Shown: positions 27,331 to 36,717 of the stretch, piece by piece
Position numbering within the stretch: position 1 is the first letter of the stretch
Layout of the letters: the number at the start of each line of letters is the position of its first letter
NCBI GenBank assembly: GCA_965228855.1
Contig: CBDDIJ010000003.1
Location: 96,001-160,000 of the forward strand
DNA: 64,000 nucleotides
Reading direction: 5' to 3'
Source of the DNA: Candidatus Obscuribacterales bacterium
Lineage (GTDB): Bacteria > Cyanobacteriota > Vampirovibrionia > Obscuribacterales > Obscuribacteraceae
Notes under the pieces: generated by a model
What the model was told of the DNA's origin: nothing
The model's input: only the letters and a program-made list of their open reading frames with translations
Databases searched by the model: none
Made by a program: the position numbers and the translations under genes

Positions 27331-28554
27331 TCACTCCGGTTCGGCAGCGATATCCGGATAATCATCGACTTTTACTTCCACCGGCTCTAGCTTATCGCCG
27401 CGCAGAACGAGAAAGTTGATCTGATCTCCGGGCTTATGCTTTCTAACCATTTGTTGGACTATTTGACTTGCGTCGACGGACGTTCCGTCGACTTTCTGAA
27501 TTACATCACCGCGCTGAAGACCGGCTTTCTGTGCGGGACTTCCCGGCGCGACTCCGGCAATAAGTACACCAGTGGTTGTCTCATCTAAACCAAGCGATTT
27601 CGCCAGTCGCTTATCCATCGGTTGCATATAGACTCCAACGTATGCTCTGGCGACTTTGCCACTTGCAACCAATTCATCGGCAACGCCTTTGAAAACATCT
27701 ACGGGAATGGCGAAGCCGATGTTCTGTCCGTCCTGGCGAATTGCGGTGTTAATACCGATGACCTCGCCGTGAATGTTGAGAAGTGGACCACCTGAATTGC
27801 CAGGATTAATCGCAGCATCCGTTTGAATCAACTCTACATTGTTCAAACTGCTGATTTCGCTCAGAGACCTGCCCAGCGCGCTCACGATGCCGAGTGTGAC
27901 GGTATGATCCAGACCGAGCGGACTTCCAATGGCGATAGCCCAGTCACCAGGACGGATAGACTTGCTGCTGCCAAGCTTTGCTGCCGGAAGGTCTTTTGCA
28001 TCAATCTTTATCAAGGCGAGATCAGTGAAGGTATCACGCCCAAGCACTTTCGCTTTGAACTTTCGTTTATCCGAAAGTGTTACGGTGATATCGTCGGCAT
28101 TCTGAATAACGTGATTGTTCGTCAAAATATAGCCATCCGATTTGATTATCAAACCGGAACCGGAGCCCGTTTGAATGGCTTTGGGCTCTCCTTCTCCCAT
28201 GTCGCGCGGCTGAACAATTCCAAAGCCAGGCATCAATATCGTGTAGGGAGAACGCATGATTGTTTTCGATATGTCGATGTTAACGACGCTCAAGCTGGCG
28301 TCGCTGGCAATGTCTGCAATGGTGTTTTCCGCCAAGGACATCATTTTTGATGGGGAAATAGAGGAACCTGACTGGATTTTGGACACATCCGGGGTGCTGC
28401 CGGGTAGACTGACACTCCCTTTTGACACCGTTCCGAAATAAAAACCAGCCGCGCCAATTATGCTTGCCGCGACAACGCCGAGCACCACCGATGGTGCATG
28501 CATTTTTCCGAGTTCAGATCTGGTTCGTCCTTTCATATTTTTTTCACTTTTCAC
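27331..28554 (-). CDS. htrA: HtrA/Deg-family serine protease with one PDZ domain
   Basis: TM anchor, TNNHV, DLALIK, TDAAINPGNSGGPL, C-terminal PDZ. Confidence 0.93.
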   Translation of the reverse strand: MKSEKNMKGRTRSELGKMHAPSVVLGVVAASIIGAAGFYFGTVSKGSVSLPGSTPDVSKIQSGSSISPSKMMSLAENTIADIASDASLSVVNIDISKTIMRSPYTILMPGFGIVQPRDMGEGEPKAIQTGSGSGLIIKSDGYILTNNHVIQNADDITVTLSDKRKFKAKVLGRDTFTDLALIKIDAKDLPAAKLGSSKSIRPGDWAIAIGSPLGLDHTVTLGIVSALGRSLSEISSLNNVELIQTDAAINPGNSGGPLLNIHGEVIGINTAIRQDGQNIGFAIPVDVFKGVADELVASGKVARAYVGVYMQPMDKRLAKSLGLDETTTGVLIAGVAPGSPAQKAGLQRGDVIQKVDGTSVDASQIVQQMVRKHKPGDQINFLVLRGDKLEPVEVKVDDYPDIAAEPE

Positions 28555-28655
28555 TAGATTAGCCCGTCTCCAAAAGATGGTCCCAAGATCAATTATCTAT
28601 AACCGACGCAAATTTTGCTCGCCTGGTCCCCTAAATAAACAAAAAATTTGATGGC

Positions 28656-29642
28656 TCATTTGAACGAAATGTTTATCTTCCAAGCCTTGAGATTCTTCGG
28701 CTGAATAATCCCGTACTCTTTAAAGTGATTTACGGCGAGCTGCAGATCATCGAATGCTCCAATGCATGGAGCGACTATAACGTTATAGTATTTCGCTCGC
28801 TTCGCGGTGCCGCTCCATCCGCCAAAGTTAAGCCACAAGCATAAATGCGAGATGTCTCCGGCCGAAAAATCGAAAGTGAGTTCCGAATTTATTTGCGGAT
28901 CTCTGAGAGAGATTGACTTCGGAGCCTTCGCGAAAAGTTTGACCGCCATATTTGTTTCGCGTGGTGGAAATTCGCTCAGATCAATAAAGTCGTCATCTAT
29001 TGCTTGCAGCGTCGGCCACATTTGCATACTGCCAAGATGCCCGAATCGACCGCCTTCCGAGTAATAGACGGTGGTCTCTTGCACGCCGAGCGATAGGCTC
29101 ATGCCCGGGCGAACGTCGAAAACCGGTTGTGCGCTCCAGAGGAAGTTGAACGGAAAAATGGTCAAGTTATTGACCGTGTAAGAAATACTGAGCGATGGAT
29201 CATCTTTTCGAATATGGATAGTTCGCTCGAAACGATAGGGAAAGCGAACGCCGTAAGTAACGGTTCGAAGTTCAGCTTCCGCATCGGAAGCAGTAACTTT
29301 TGCTTTCCACGGTTGGCACCAGAGTTCACCGCACTCCGGTACTTGGCTTCCCTCCCATGGCCCACTCGGAAAGTGCGTCGATGCGACTGATGGGAAGCAC
29401 TCGTTCCACCCACCCAGGTCGAAGTCTTGCCAGTATGGCGCGCCGAAATCAGGAAGTTGCGGTTCCAGGTACGGGTTTGACCATAGCCACTCGCGCTCCT
29501 GACCGGAGTCGTTCCGGTGCATCAGGCTGACAATCCGGGCTCCTAAGGTAGGCACTACAGTCGCCCTGACGCGGGAATTTCCGATTTGAATGGCCGGAAA
29601 TCCATTCCATGAAAGCTCTTTGACTTCGCATCCTGAGGGCAT
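28656..29642 (-). CDS. Galactose mutarotase-like (aldose epimerase / DUF5107-like) protein
   Basis: VVPTLGARIVSL, EWLW, GGWNECFP, GELW..PW; all-beta pattern. Confidence 0.65.
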   Translation of the reverse strand: MPSGCEVKELSWNGFPAIQIGNSRVRATVVPTLGARIVSLMHRNDSGQEREWLWSNPYLEPQLPDFGAPYWQDFDLGGWNECFPSVASTHFPSGPWEGSQVPECGELWCQPWKAKVTASDAEAELRTVTYGVRFPYRFERTIHIRKDDPSLSISYTVNNLTIFPFNFLWSAQPVFDVRPGMSLSLGVQETTVYYSEGGRFGHLGSMQMWPTLQAIDDDFIDLSEFPPRETNMAVKLFAKAPKSISLRDPQINSELTFDFSAGDISHLCLWLNFGGWSGTAKRAKYYNVIVAPCIGAFDDLQLAVNHFKEYGIIQPKNLKAWKINISFK

Positions 29643-29833
29643 AATGAGAATCCGAGAGGTAATTTGAGGGAAAACCGACCGCGTTGTCAGTGGGGAGCGC
29701 GTCCTCCCAAAGCTGATATAACACGAATTGACGACCGAGATTGGATTTAAGGTCGTCCTGAAAAGGAAAGTTGACGTATATAGTCATGTGGCTCAAGCTT
29801 GAGTAAAAAGAGCCGTAAAACCGTTAGAGGCTG

Positions 29834-32785
29834 ATGAGTTCGCCGGACAATACGAAACGAGATGAAGGTGAAGACCACGAAGAAACCCTCGCGGCTCGTG
29901 GCGACACGTCTGCGTCTGCTGGACCCAACTCGGTACAAAAACCGTCCCTACCGGCTGCAGAAGCCGGCTCGGGGCGCCGAATCGAAGATAGAGATTTCGT
30001 ACCCAGGTTTTCAGAGGTTCGCAGTCGCCACGGCTCCGGCGATGATGACGAGCAAACTAAAATTTTGCCGACCGAACAGCCGACCGTCGGAATTCAATCT
30101 GAAACGTCCGCATCTGTTCTCTCAGCTGCGGCGCTTGCAATTGAGATGACTGCGGCTAGCAGCTTTGACGCTCTGCCGGTCACTGAAGTTGGTGAAAATG
30201 CCAAAGTTTCCGGGGATATTTCCATGCCGGAATCCCGACCTGAAGTCTCATCCAGTCACTTGAACCCAGAGTTTGGTTACCACAATGTGTCTGAGCCCAA
30301 GGACGGACCCCGGCAGCCTCCTGCTCAACTTCCACCTCCTCCGAAGACAGTGATTCAGTATCAAAATCATGTTATTGATCCAAGCACCAGCAAAGTCGAT
30401 TCTTTGATTTCCCAATCAGAGAACCTCGACTCAATCTGGGAGGTTCACGATCGTGCGGGGCAAGCTGGAACGGCAGAATCTCGGAATAGATCGGATCAGC
30501 CTTTGAACACAAACGAATCCGTCCGTCACGGCTCCAGCACTGTCGATGGTGGCGCCGATTCGGGGATGCATTTTTCACCTCATGGTTATGACGCATCCAG
30601 CATGTCTCCGCTTTCCCCCAAGCAAGAATTGCTAAATTTGCCGGATGACGCTGCGGCGAAGAGCAGAACGCAGCCGGCGAGCGGCCGTGTCTCCGGTTCG
30701 TTTCGTCCTGACCATCAACTTGCTCAAGCGCAGTATTTCGCCGAGATGCAAACTCCATTCGTCGACGAAATTGGTCTGGCTCGCAAAAATCGCTCTGCAC
30801 AAATTAGAAGCTCTCTGTATTGGGTCGTAAAAGAAGCCCGTCTCGTAACTCATGGAGTATTTTCCGACTATGAATCTCCGCGAGGACCTTCATACGCGGA
30901 GCTTAATGCCGCTGGCTCTCGTGAGAAACCAAACATTACCGCAAATAATCTTCCCTCTGCACATCAGTCTCCCCCCAGCTCTCGTGAGCTGGCACCGCCT
31001 GCGGTGCCGCGGGGCAATGCTTTCCAATCCGATTTTGCCCCGCCTGTTCCCGGAGCACCGGCAAAAGGACCAAACTCGCCACCTGCTTCTAAGCCGTCTC
31101 AGAGGCTGCTAACTCAGAACTCCCTCGAGGCAGTTCGCAATGAAGCACCACCTGCAAAGCTTCGAGCAGTTCCACACATAGCGGGTTCAGCCGATTATCT
31201 GATCAACAGAGACGAGTCTCCTACCGTCAGATTTCCGGAGGATGCCTGGGAACTGCAATCCGAGTCTCAAACAAACGCACAATCACCGTCCCATATTTCT
31301 CCGCAGAATCAAACTTCTGCCGCCGCAGCAGCCGTTCCACCAGCGCCAGCCTCAGTGTCATCGGCTCCATCTCCAGCAGAACCGGTTCCGCCATCGTCAG
31401 AATCATCAGCTCAAGGAAAGTCAGTTCCGTCTCCTCCAGAGGCGCGTAAATCTGAACAGACCGCGATGCCGGAGCCACGGCACGATCAGGCAATTACGGC
31501 AGATGGCGTTTTAAAGCAGAGCGCCGACGCTGAGCGCGTTCGCAATCAGGCCGTAACGGCAGACCGAATTCGTGACCAAGCCATCACTTCTGAGAGAGTC
31601 CGTGATCAAGGCATAACTGCTGAGCGCGCACGCGGGCAGTCTACGACTTCCGAGCGACGACTGCAAACGACCGATCAACACAAAACCGATCAGCGTAAGA
31701 CGGACCAGCGCACCACCCGTGATGGCATGGTTAAGGTTCCATTATTAGGCTTTGTAAAAAAGGATGATTTGAAAAGGCAGGCGATTACAATCGGTTCAGT
31801 TGTCGTCCTGTGTGTCGCCAGCGCCGCACTGATGTACGACACAATCAATTCGAATCGAAAACAGGCGGAGACTGCGGTCGAGAAACCGGAAACGCCATCG
31901 CCGGATGTCGAAAATCAAACTCGATCGGAAATTCCGGCACCGACTGGAAAAACGACAGCCAAGTTTGACGATGCACCGGAGTCTGCCGCGAAAGAGCCCG
32001 CTCTGGAAGCCGAACTCGCGAAGGCGTTTAAATTAGAGCAACAGCTTAACTATATCGATTCGATGAACACCTTCGATAAAGTTATCGAGCGAGACAAAGG
32101 CAAAAATCCAAAATCTTTGCACGGGCGCGGACGCGTGCTGACGAAACTGCGGCTGTACGATCGGGCGCTAGATGACCTCGAGAGCGCGGATAAACTCGAT
32201 CCACACAACATCAACATATTGATAGATCTCGCAGCCGTGAAATATTTGCTCGGCGATTATTCAGATTCTGCGAAGGATTACGAGAAGATCTTGGCCGAGC
32301 ATCCCAAAGATGCAGATGCGCTTTATGGGCGCGGTATTAGCTACGCGGGTATGGGGAAAAGCAAAGAGGCGATCGCCGACTTCGAGGACGTGATTAAGCT
32401 GAAACCTCGTTACGATAAAGCATACCGCCAGATGTGCACTGCCTACCTTGCTCTCAATCAATCAGACAAAGCAGAGTCCACGATAACCGCGGCGATGAAC
32501 TCCTGTGGCGCCGATGCTGATCTCTACTTCTCTCGCGCGCTTTCGCGCTATCAATCAGGTCGAAAAGATTCGGCGCTTGAGGACTACAACGAAGCGATTC
32601 GCTTGAGCCCTGATCGCAAAGAGTACTACAACGATCGCGGTTTTGTGCAGATGGATCTCGGTAAATTCGACGATGCACGCAAAGACTTCAATCACGCACT
32701 TGAGATTGATCCAAAGTACAAATTAGCTTCCGACAATTTGCGCCGGCTGCGGAAGCTTGAAAAATCGGACAAGTCTATACGTTAA
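29834..32785 (+). CDS. Membrane-anchored TPR protein with very long disordered N-terminus
   Basis: ~640 aa P/S/Q-rich region, TM AITIGSVVVLCVASAALMY, C-terminal TPRs. Confidence 0.85.
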   Translation: MSSPDNTKRDEGEDHEETLAARGDTSASAGPNSVQKPSLPAAEAGSGRRIEDRDFVPRFSEVRSRHGSGDDDEQTKILPTEQPTVGIQSETSASVLSAAALAIEMTAASSFDALPVTEVGENAKVSGDISMPESRPEVSSSHLNPEFGYHNVSEPKDGPRQPPAQLPPPPKTVIQYQNHVIDPSTSKVDSLISQSENLDSIWEVHDRAGQAGTAESRNRSDQPLNTNESVRHGSSTVDGGADSGMHFSPHGYDASSMSPLSPKQELLNLPDDAAAKSRTQPASGRVSGSFRPDHQLAQAQYFAEMQTPFVDEIGLARKNRSAQIRSSLYWVVKEARLVTHGVFSDYESPRGPSYAELNAAGSREKPNITANNLPSAHQSPPSSRELAPPAVPRGNAFQSDFAPPVPGAPAKGPNSPPASKPSQRLLTQNSLEAVRNEAPPAKLRAVPHIAGSADYLINRDESPTVRFPEDAWELQSESQTNAQSPSHISPQNQTSAAAAAVPPAPASVSSAPSPAEPVPPSSESSAQGKSVPSPPEARKSEQTAMPEPRHDQAITADGVLKQSADAERVRNQAVTADRIRDQAITSERVRDQGITAERARGQSTTSERRLQTTDQHKTDQRKTDQRTTRDGMVKVPLLGFVKKDDLKRQAITIGSVVVLCVASAALMYDTINSNRKQAETAVEKPETPSPDVENQTRSEIPAPTGKTTAKFDDAPESAAKEPALEAELAKAFKLEQQLNYIDSMNTFDKVIERDKGKNPKSLHGRGRVLTKLRLYDRALDDLESADKLDPHNINILIDLAAVKYLLGDYSDSAKDYEKILAEHPKDADALYGRGISYAGMGKSKEAIADFEDVIKLKPRYDKAYRQMCTAYLALNQSDKAESTITAAMNSCGADADLYFSRALSRYQSGRKDSALEDYNEAIRLSPDRKEYYNDRGFVQMDLGKFDDARKDFNHALEIDPKYKLASDNLRRLRKLEKSDKSIR
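31478..31717 (+). repeat. In-frame degenerate 30-bp and 15-bp coding repeats
   Basis: RHDQAITADG, RNQAVTADRI, RDQAITSERV, RDQGITAERA, RGQSTTSERR, then TDQHK TDQRK TDQRT. Confidence 0.8.
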
Positions 32786-32788
32786 CTG

Positions 32789-35218
32789 TTAGCGGCGTCT
32801 TTTGACGCGCGCTTTTAGTCCGTCGTAACCGCTCTGCCATTCGCGCAACTTCAACGCTACGTCGACATCTGATTTTTTCGCAGTAGCAATAGCTTGTTTG
32901 AAGGTCGCGTCGGCTTTTGCAAAGTTTTTCTGATTGAGGTAAACATAAGCCATGTTTCTTTCGACTTGAGCGATTTGCAAAGGCTTACCTTGCTCTTGCC
33001 TGATGGTGAGCGCTTTTTCGAGCTCTGCCAGTGCCTTGTCGTAATCGTCTTTCAGATAGTAGAGAATTCCGATACGCTGATAACTCTGGGCTAGCGCGGG
33101 GTGTGTTTTGCTTTTTACGTTGGTGATACGAAGCTGCATCGCGCGGAAATAACTTTGCTCTGCTTGCGCATAATATTTTTCGCCGCCCTTCATGCTGCCG
33201 GCAAGCATTATGTATGCGTCCCCGAGCTGGTCCATGCGGAGCGCCAGATCCAATTGGCGAACACTGGTATCTGTTTCAGCAATTTGAACGGCCTGTTTCA
33301 TTTTGGCCTGCGCTGCAGCCAGGTTGCCATCGCTCAATTCCAGCAAGCCCAGACGCGATAGCGCCCGCATTAATTCGTTGCCGGAGTCCTTGGCCGACTG
33401 GAAGTACGTCAGAGCTGTGTTCAGTAGCTTACGCGCTTTCTCATTGTCAGCTGAATCGTTATTCTGCATCAAAAGCGCCGCTCTATCGAGATAGGCTTTG
33501 CCCTGCATGGTTGATGTTACCGGACCGCCTTTTCCATCGACTTTGGCTAAGTTCTCGAGTTGCCGAATGAATGCCTCCGCTTCAGTATCTTCGCCAGCTC
33601 CGATACATGCATTAACCATGTAATGAAGAGCATTTGCAAGCTTTTCGGGTTCGACTTTGTTTTTCTCACCTATGCGAATGGCAGCTGTTAAAACGTCCTG
33701 GGCTTCGTCATAGTCGCCCAGTTCATACTCGTCTATACCCTGGTCTAACTTGGCTTGGTAAGGATCCGTGCTCACCGGTGGCTGGCTCTGTCCCGTCGTG
33801 TCAGGAGGAGTGGTTGTTGTTTCAGTGTCGTTTTTATCCCCGCCGCCCTTCGACATATTGGAGAGCACCGGGACGAGAACCACGAGCGCAAGCAGAATCG
33901 CCCCAGCAACCAGAGCCCGTTTGTCTTTCATCAAACCGCCGGAAGTTGCACCATTTTTTGATTCCGAAGTTGACGGCGTCTGTTCGCTGACCGACGCGAT
34001 AGTTTCGCGAGCAATCGGGTCGGGATTTGTGGTTTCCAGTGCTGGATTAGGGACGGTACCACCCGTGGTGTCGGGTGCCTGCGGCAGTGAGCCCGATGAC
34101 ACGTCTTGCTGCGTCGGCAGAGAGCCGGTGAGACTGGCAGTCTTCATGACCGATTCAACAGTCGTCGTGGTGACGGAGGCTCCGATTGTCGCCGCGAGCG
34201 CTTCCTTCATTTCAACCATCGATTGATAGCGTTCGTTGGGATCTTTGTTCAAGCTCTTTTGAACGATTACCTCAAAGTCCTCAGGAATACCTGCCTCAGG
34301 AGCGATATCGTTCAAACGTGGAGCCGGTTCATTCACATGCTTGTACAAGCATTCGACGAGATCCTGACCGAAGAATGCCGGTTGACCCGTGAGTGTTCTG
34401 AACAGAACACAGCCGAGAGAATAGATGTCCGACCTCGCATCCAGAGTTTTTCCGCGACACTGCTCCGGGCTCATGTAGAGCGGGCTACCGAAAACCTCTC
34501 CAGTACGAGTGAGTTGATTCGCGTTCTCATTTTCTTCGGAAATTACCTTGGCGATTCCGAAGTCGAGAATCTTCACGAAGTCCGCCTGATCTTCGAACTC
34601 TGTGAGCATGATGTTGCTCGGCTTGATGTCGCGGTGAATCACACCGTTTTTATGAGCGTGTGCGAGCGCCGAACAAACTTGCATGAAAATCGCAGCGGCT
34701 CGCTGCCAGGGAACGCTTTGATTCTGCTCCAGAACCTCGCCCAGCGTCTGACCTTCCAGATAGTCCGTTACAAGGTAAGGTTGTCCTTGAGTCGAAATCC
34801 CGAAGTCAAAAACAGTAAGGATGTTCGGGTGATTGAGGCAGCTCAGCGCCTCAGCTTCCTTTTTGAACCGCATTACGGTCCCCGCGTCCGGAAGCATGTT
34901 CGGATGCAGCATTTTGACCGCGACGATACGCTTCATCAGAGTGTGTCTGGCTTTGTATACCAGACCCATGGCGCCGCCGCCAATTACAGCCAGAATCTCA
35001 TATTTCTCGCCAATCGTGCTGCCGATAGATGCTTCCATCGTCAGCGGCGTCAGAGTGGTGCCGTCGTTGGGGCACGTCAACTCATCGCCGGCAAACTCCT
35101 GCTTGCAAGCTATGCAGACCTTTTTCTTCGGGGTCGTATCGTCCAGATTGGTTGAGACCAAAAGCTTTTCTCCTTCCCTCATATTGTAAATCAGACCCCC
35201 ACCAATTGAGTGATTCAT
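32789..35218 (-). CDS. Ser/Thr kinase with N-terminal Zn-ribbon, TM and C-terminal TPRs (start uncertain)
   Basis: CIAC..CPNDG; GGGAMG, HRDIKPSN, DFG, YMSPEQ; TM ALVAGAILLALVVLVPVL; TPRs. Confidence 0.92.
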   Translation of the reverse strand: MNHSIGGGLIYNMREGEKLLVSTNLDDTTPKKKVCIACKQEFAGDELTCPNDGTTLTPLTMEASIGSTIGEKYEILAVIGGGAMGLVYKARHTLMKRIVAVKMLHPNMLPDAGTVMRFKKEAEALSCLNHPNILTVFDFGISTQGQPYLVTDYLEGQTLGEVLEQNQSVPWQRAAAIFMQVCSALAHAHKNGVIHRDIKPSNIMLTEFEDQADFVKILDFGIAKVISEENENANQLTRTGEVFGSPLYMSPEQCRGKTLDARSDIYSLGCVLFRTLTGQPAFFGQDLVECLYKHVNEPAPRLNDIAPEAGIPEDFEVIVQKSLNKDPNERYQSMVEMKEALAATIGASVTTTTVESVMKTASLTGSLPTQQDVSSGSLPQAPDTTGGTVPNPALETTNPDPIARETIASVSEQTPSTSESKNGATSGGLMKDKRALVAGAILLALVVLVPVLSNMSKGGGDKNDTETTTTPPDTTGQSQPPVSTDPYQAKLDQGIDEYELGDYDEAQDVLTAAIRIGEKNKVEPEKLANALHYMVNACIGAGEDTEAEAFIRQLENLAKVDGKGGPVTSTMQGKAYLDRAALLMQNNDSADNEKARKLLNTALTYFQSAKDSGNELMRALSRLGLLELSDGNLAAAQAKMKQAVQIAETDTSVRQLDLALRMDQLGDAYIMLAGSMKGGEKYYAQAEQSYFRAMQLRITNVKSKTHPALAQSYQRIGILYYLKDDYDKALAELEKALTIRQEQGKPLQIAQVERNMAYVYLNQKNFAKADATFKQAIATAKKSDVDVALKLREWQSGYDGLKARVKRRR

Positions 35219-35723
35219 CAGATTTGTGCCGTCGCCCGCGGATAGTTGAAAAGCGATGGAATGCTTATCCAGTTGCCGAAAGGCTGGGAACAGCTCTCAT
35301 AAAGAATCTTTTCGAGTTGAAAGATGAAACATTTAGAACCCTTGGAAGTAAGACCCCCGATCGATATCCAGGAGGGTGATGTCATGCGATGGTTCAATTT
35401 ACAACCTTCGCGCACTCGGTCCATCCAGAGTCTGTTTCGTTTCAAAACAGTTGCAGTCGTATTGCACCGTATATAGTACCGTCGCGCTATCCGTTTTGTT
35501 CAACATTGAGTCACCGGATACGGTGCTCTTCACAATTATTCATTGCGAACCGTTAATTAACTGTTCGTCCTCAGACTTCCGGTTTCGCCGTTGCACGTGC
35601 AAAATGGAGAGAGTCGTCTCGTCATCGAAGCAGCAGTCTCAACCGGCATCTCCGGCTGAGCAGGCAATTGAAACGGTCTAGCGGAATCTCCATCTCCGTC
35701 TGTTCGACGTTGGAAAATTACAG

Positions 35724-36563
35724 ATGAAAAATATAACCAGAAAGCGCATTAAGTTGGGCATTTTCTTTCTTGTCGCTTTGTATATAGGGCTGAATCCACT
35801 TGGTTTTTATTCTCGATTCGAATTTCTGCCTGAGGAATACAATGCCACGAAATACGCTGTGGCTGACAAGATTCCGCATGAGGATGTCTACATTCCCGTT
35901 TCTAATGGAAAGAAAATCCATGCGTGGTATTTCCCAGTTGCAGATTCTAAACACACGATAATTGTCCACCATGGTCAAGCGCACAACATCGCATTTTTCT
36001 TTCCTGTGGCTCAGTTGTTCCACAATTGCGGTGCATCGGTACTTTCTTACGATTATGAGGGTTACGGTCGGAGTGATGGGCCCACGGCTCATGAAGCGCT
36101 TCGCCGCGACTCGGAGGCGGCGCACAAATTTATCAGGGACGTGAAAAAAATTCCGGAGAACAAAATTGTTCACTGTGGTATTTCAATGGGGACGGGGGCC
36201 GCTTGCGATGTAGCCGCCAGGCAGAAGTGTGCTGGAGTTTTCCTCTGTAGTCCTTACTGGTCCACGACGGCAATCGCGAATAGCTTCGTTCCTATCTCCC
36301 GCTTGTATCCACGCTTCGCATTTCCCCAGCCGAACTTTGGTGCTGCTGATCTTGTGACGAAGAATGTTCCAATCCTGATTGTCCATGGCGACAATGACCC
36401 AATTATTCCGCTTTGGCAGGCCCAAAAAATTTACGACCTGGCAGTGGGTCCGAAAGAACTGTTCATCGTTAAGAACGGCTTCCACGTTGGCAGTTTAGCT
36501 CCAGGAATCGAAGAGTTCTGTTCGAAATGGCTCAATAGTTTGCCGACCGAGCTGAAATACTGA
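35724..36563 (+). CDS. Alpha/beta hydrolase (ABHD13/17-like)
   Basis: N-terminal TM; YDYEGYGRSDG, GISMG nucleophile, HGDNDPII, GFH. Confidence 0.9.
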   Translation: MKNITRKRIKLGIFFLVALYIGLNPLGFYSRFEFLPEEYNATKYAVADKIPHEDVYIPVSNGKKIHAWYFPVADSKHTIIVHHGQAHNIAFFFPVAQLFHNCGASVLSYDYEGYGRSDGPTAHEALRRDSEAAHKFIRDVKKIPENKIVHCGISMGTGAACDVAARQKCAGVFLCSPYWSTTAIANSFVPISRLYPRFAFPQPNFGAADLVTKNVPILIVHGDNDPIIPLWQAQKIYDLAVGPKELFIVKNGFHVGSLAPGIEEFCSKWLNSLPTELKY

Positions 36564-36717
36564 CCTGTCTGGTTTTGTCGAACAGCCGAAACGCAAGGGG
36601 GGAAACGTTATCGTGCAGCCTAGAAAAAAATCACCCCGGGGTGGTGTCGATTTGTCGGCGCAAACTTGTTAGGATGGTATTTCCGCCTGTGTGGTATTTA
36701 CGAGGCTCTAGGCACCG

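Noticed and set aside
31478..31717. CRISPR-like repeat array
   Set aside because: Degenerate in-frame coding repeats with no spacers and no cas genes.
34106..35155. 349-aa plus-strand ORF
   Set aside because: Antisense shadow of the kinase gene; no motifs.
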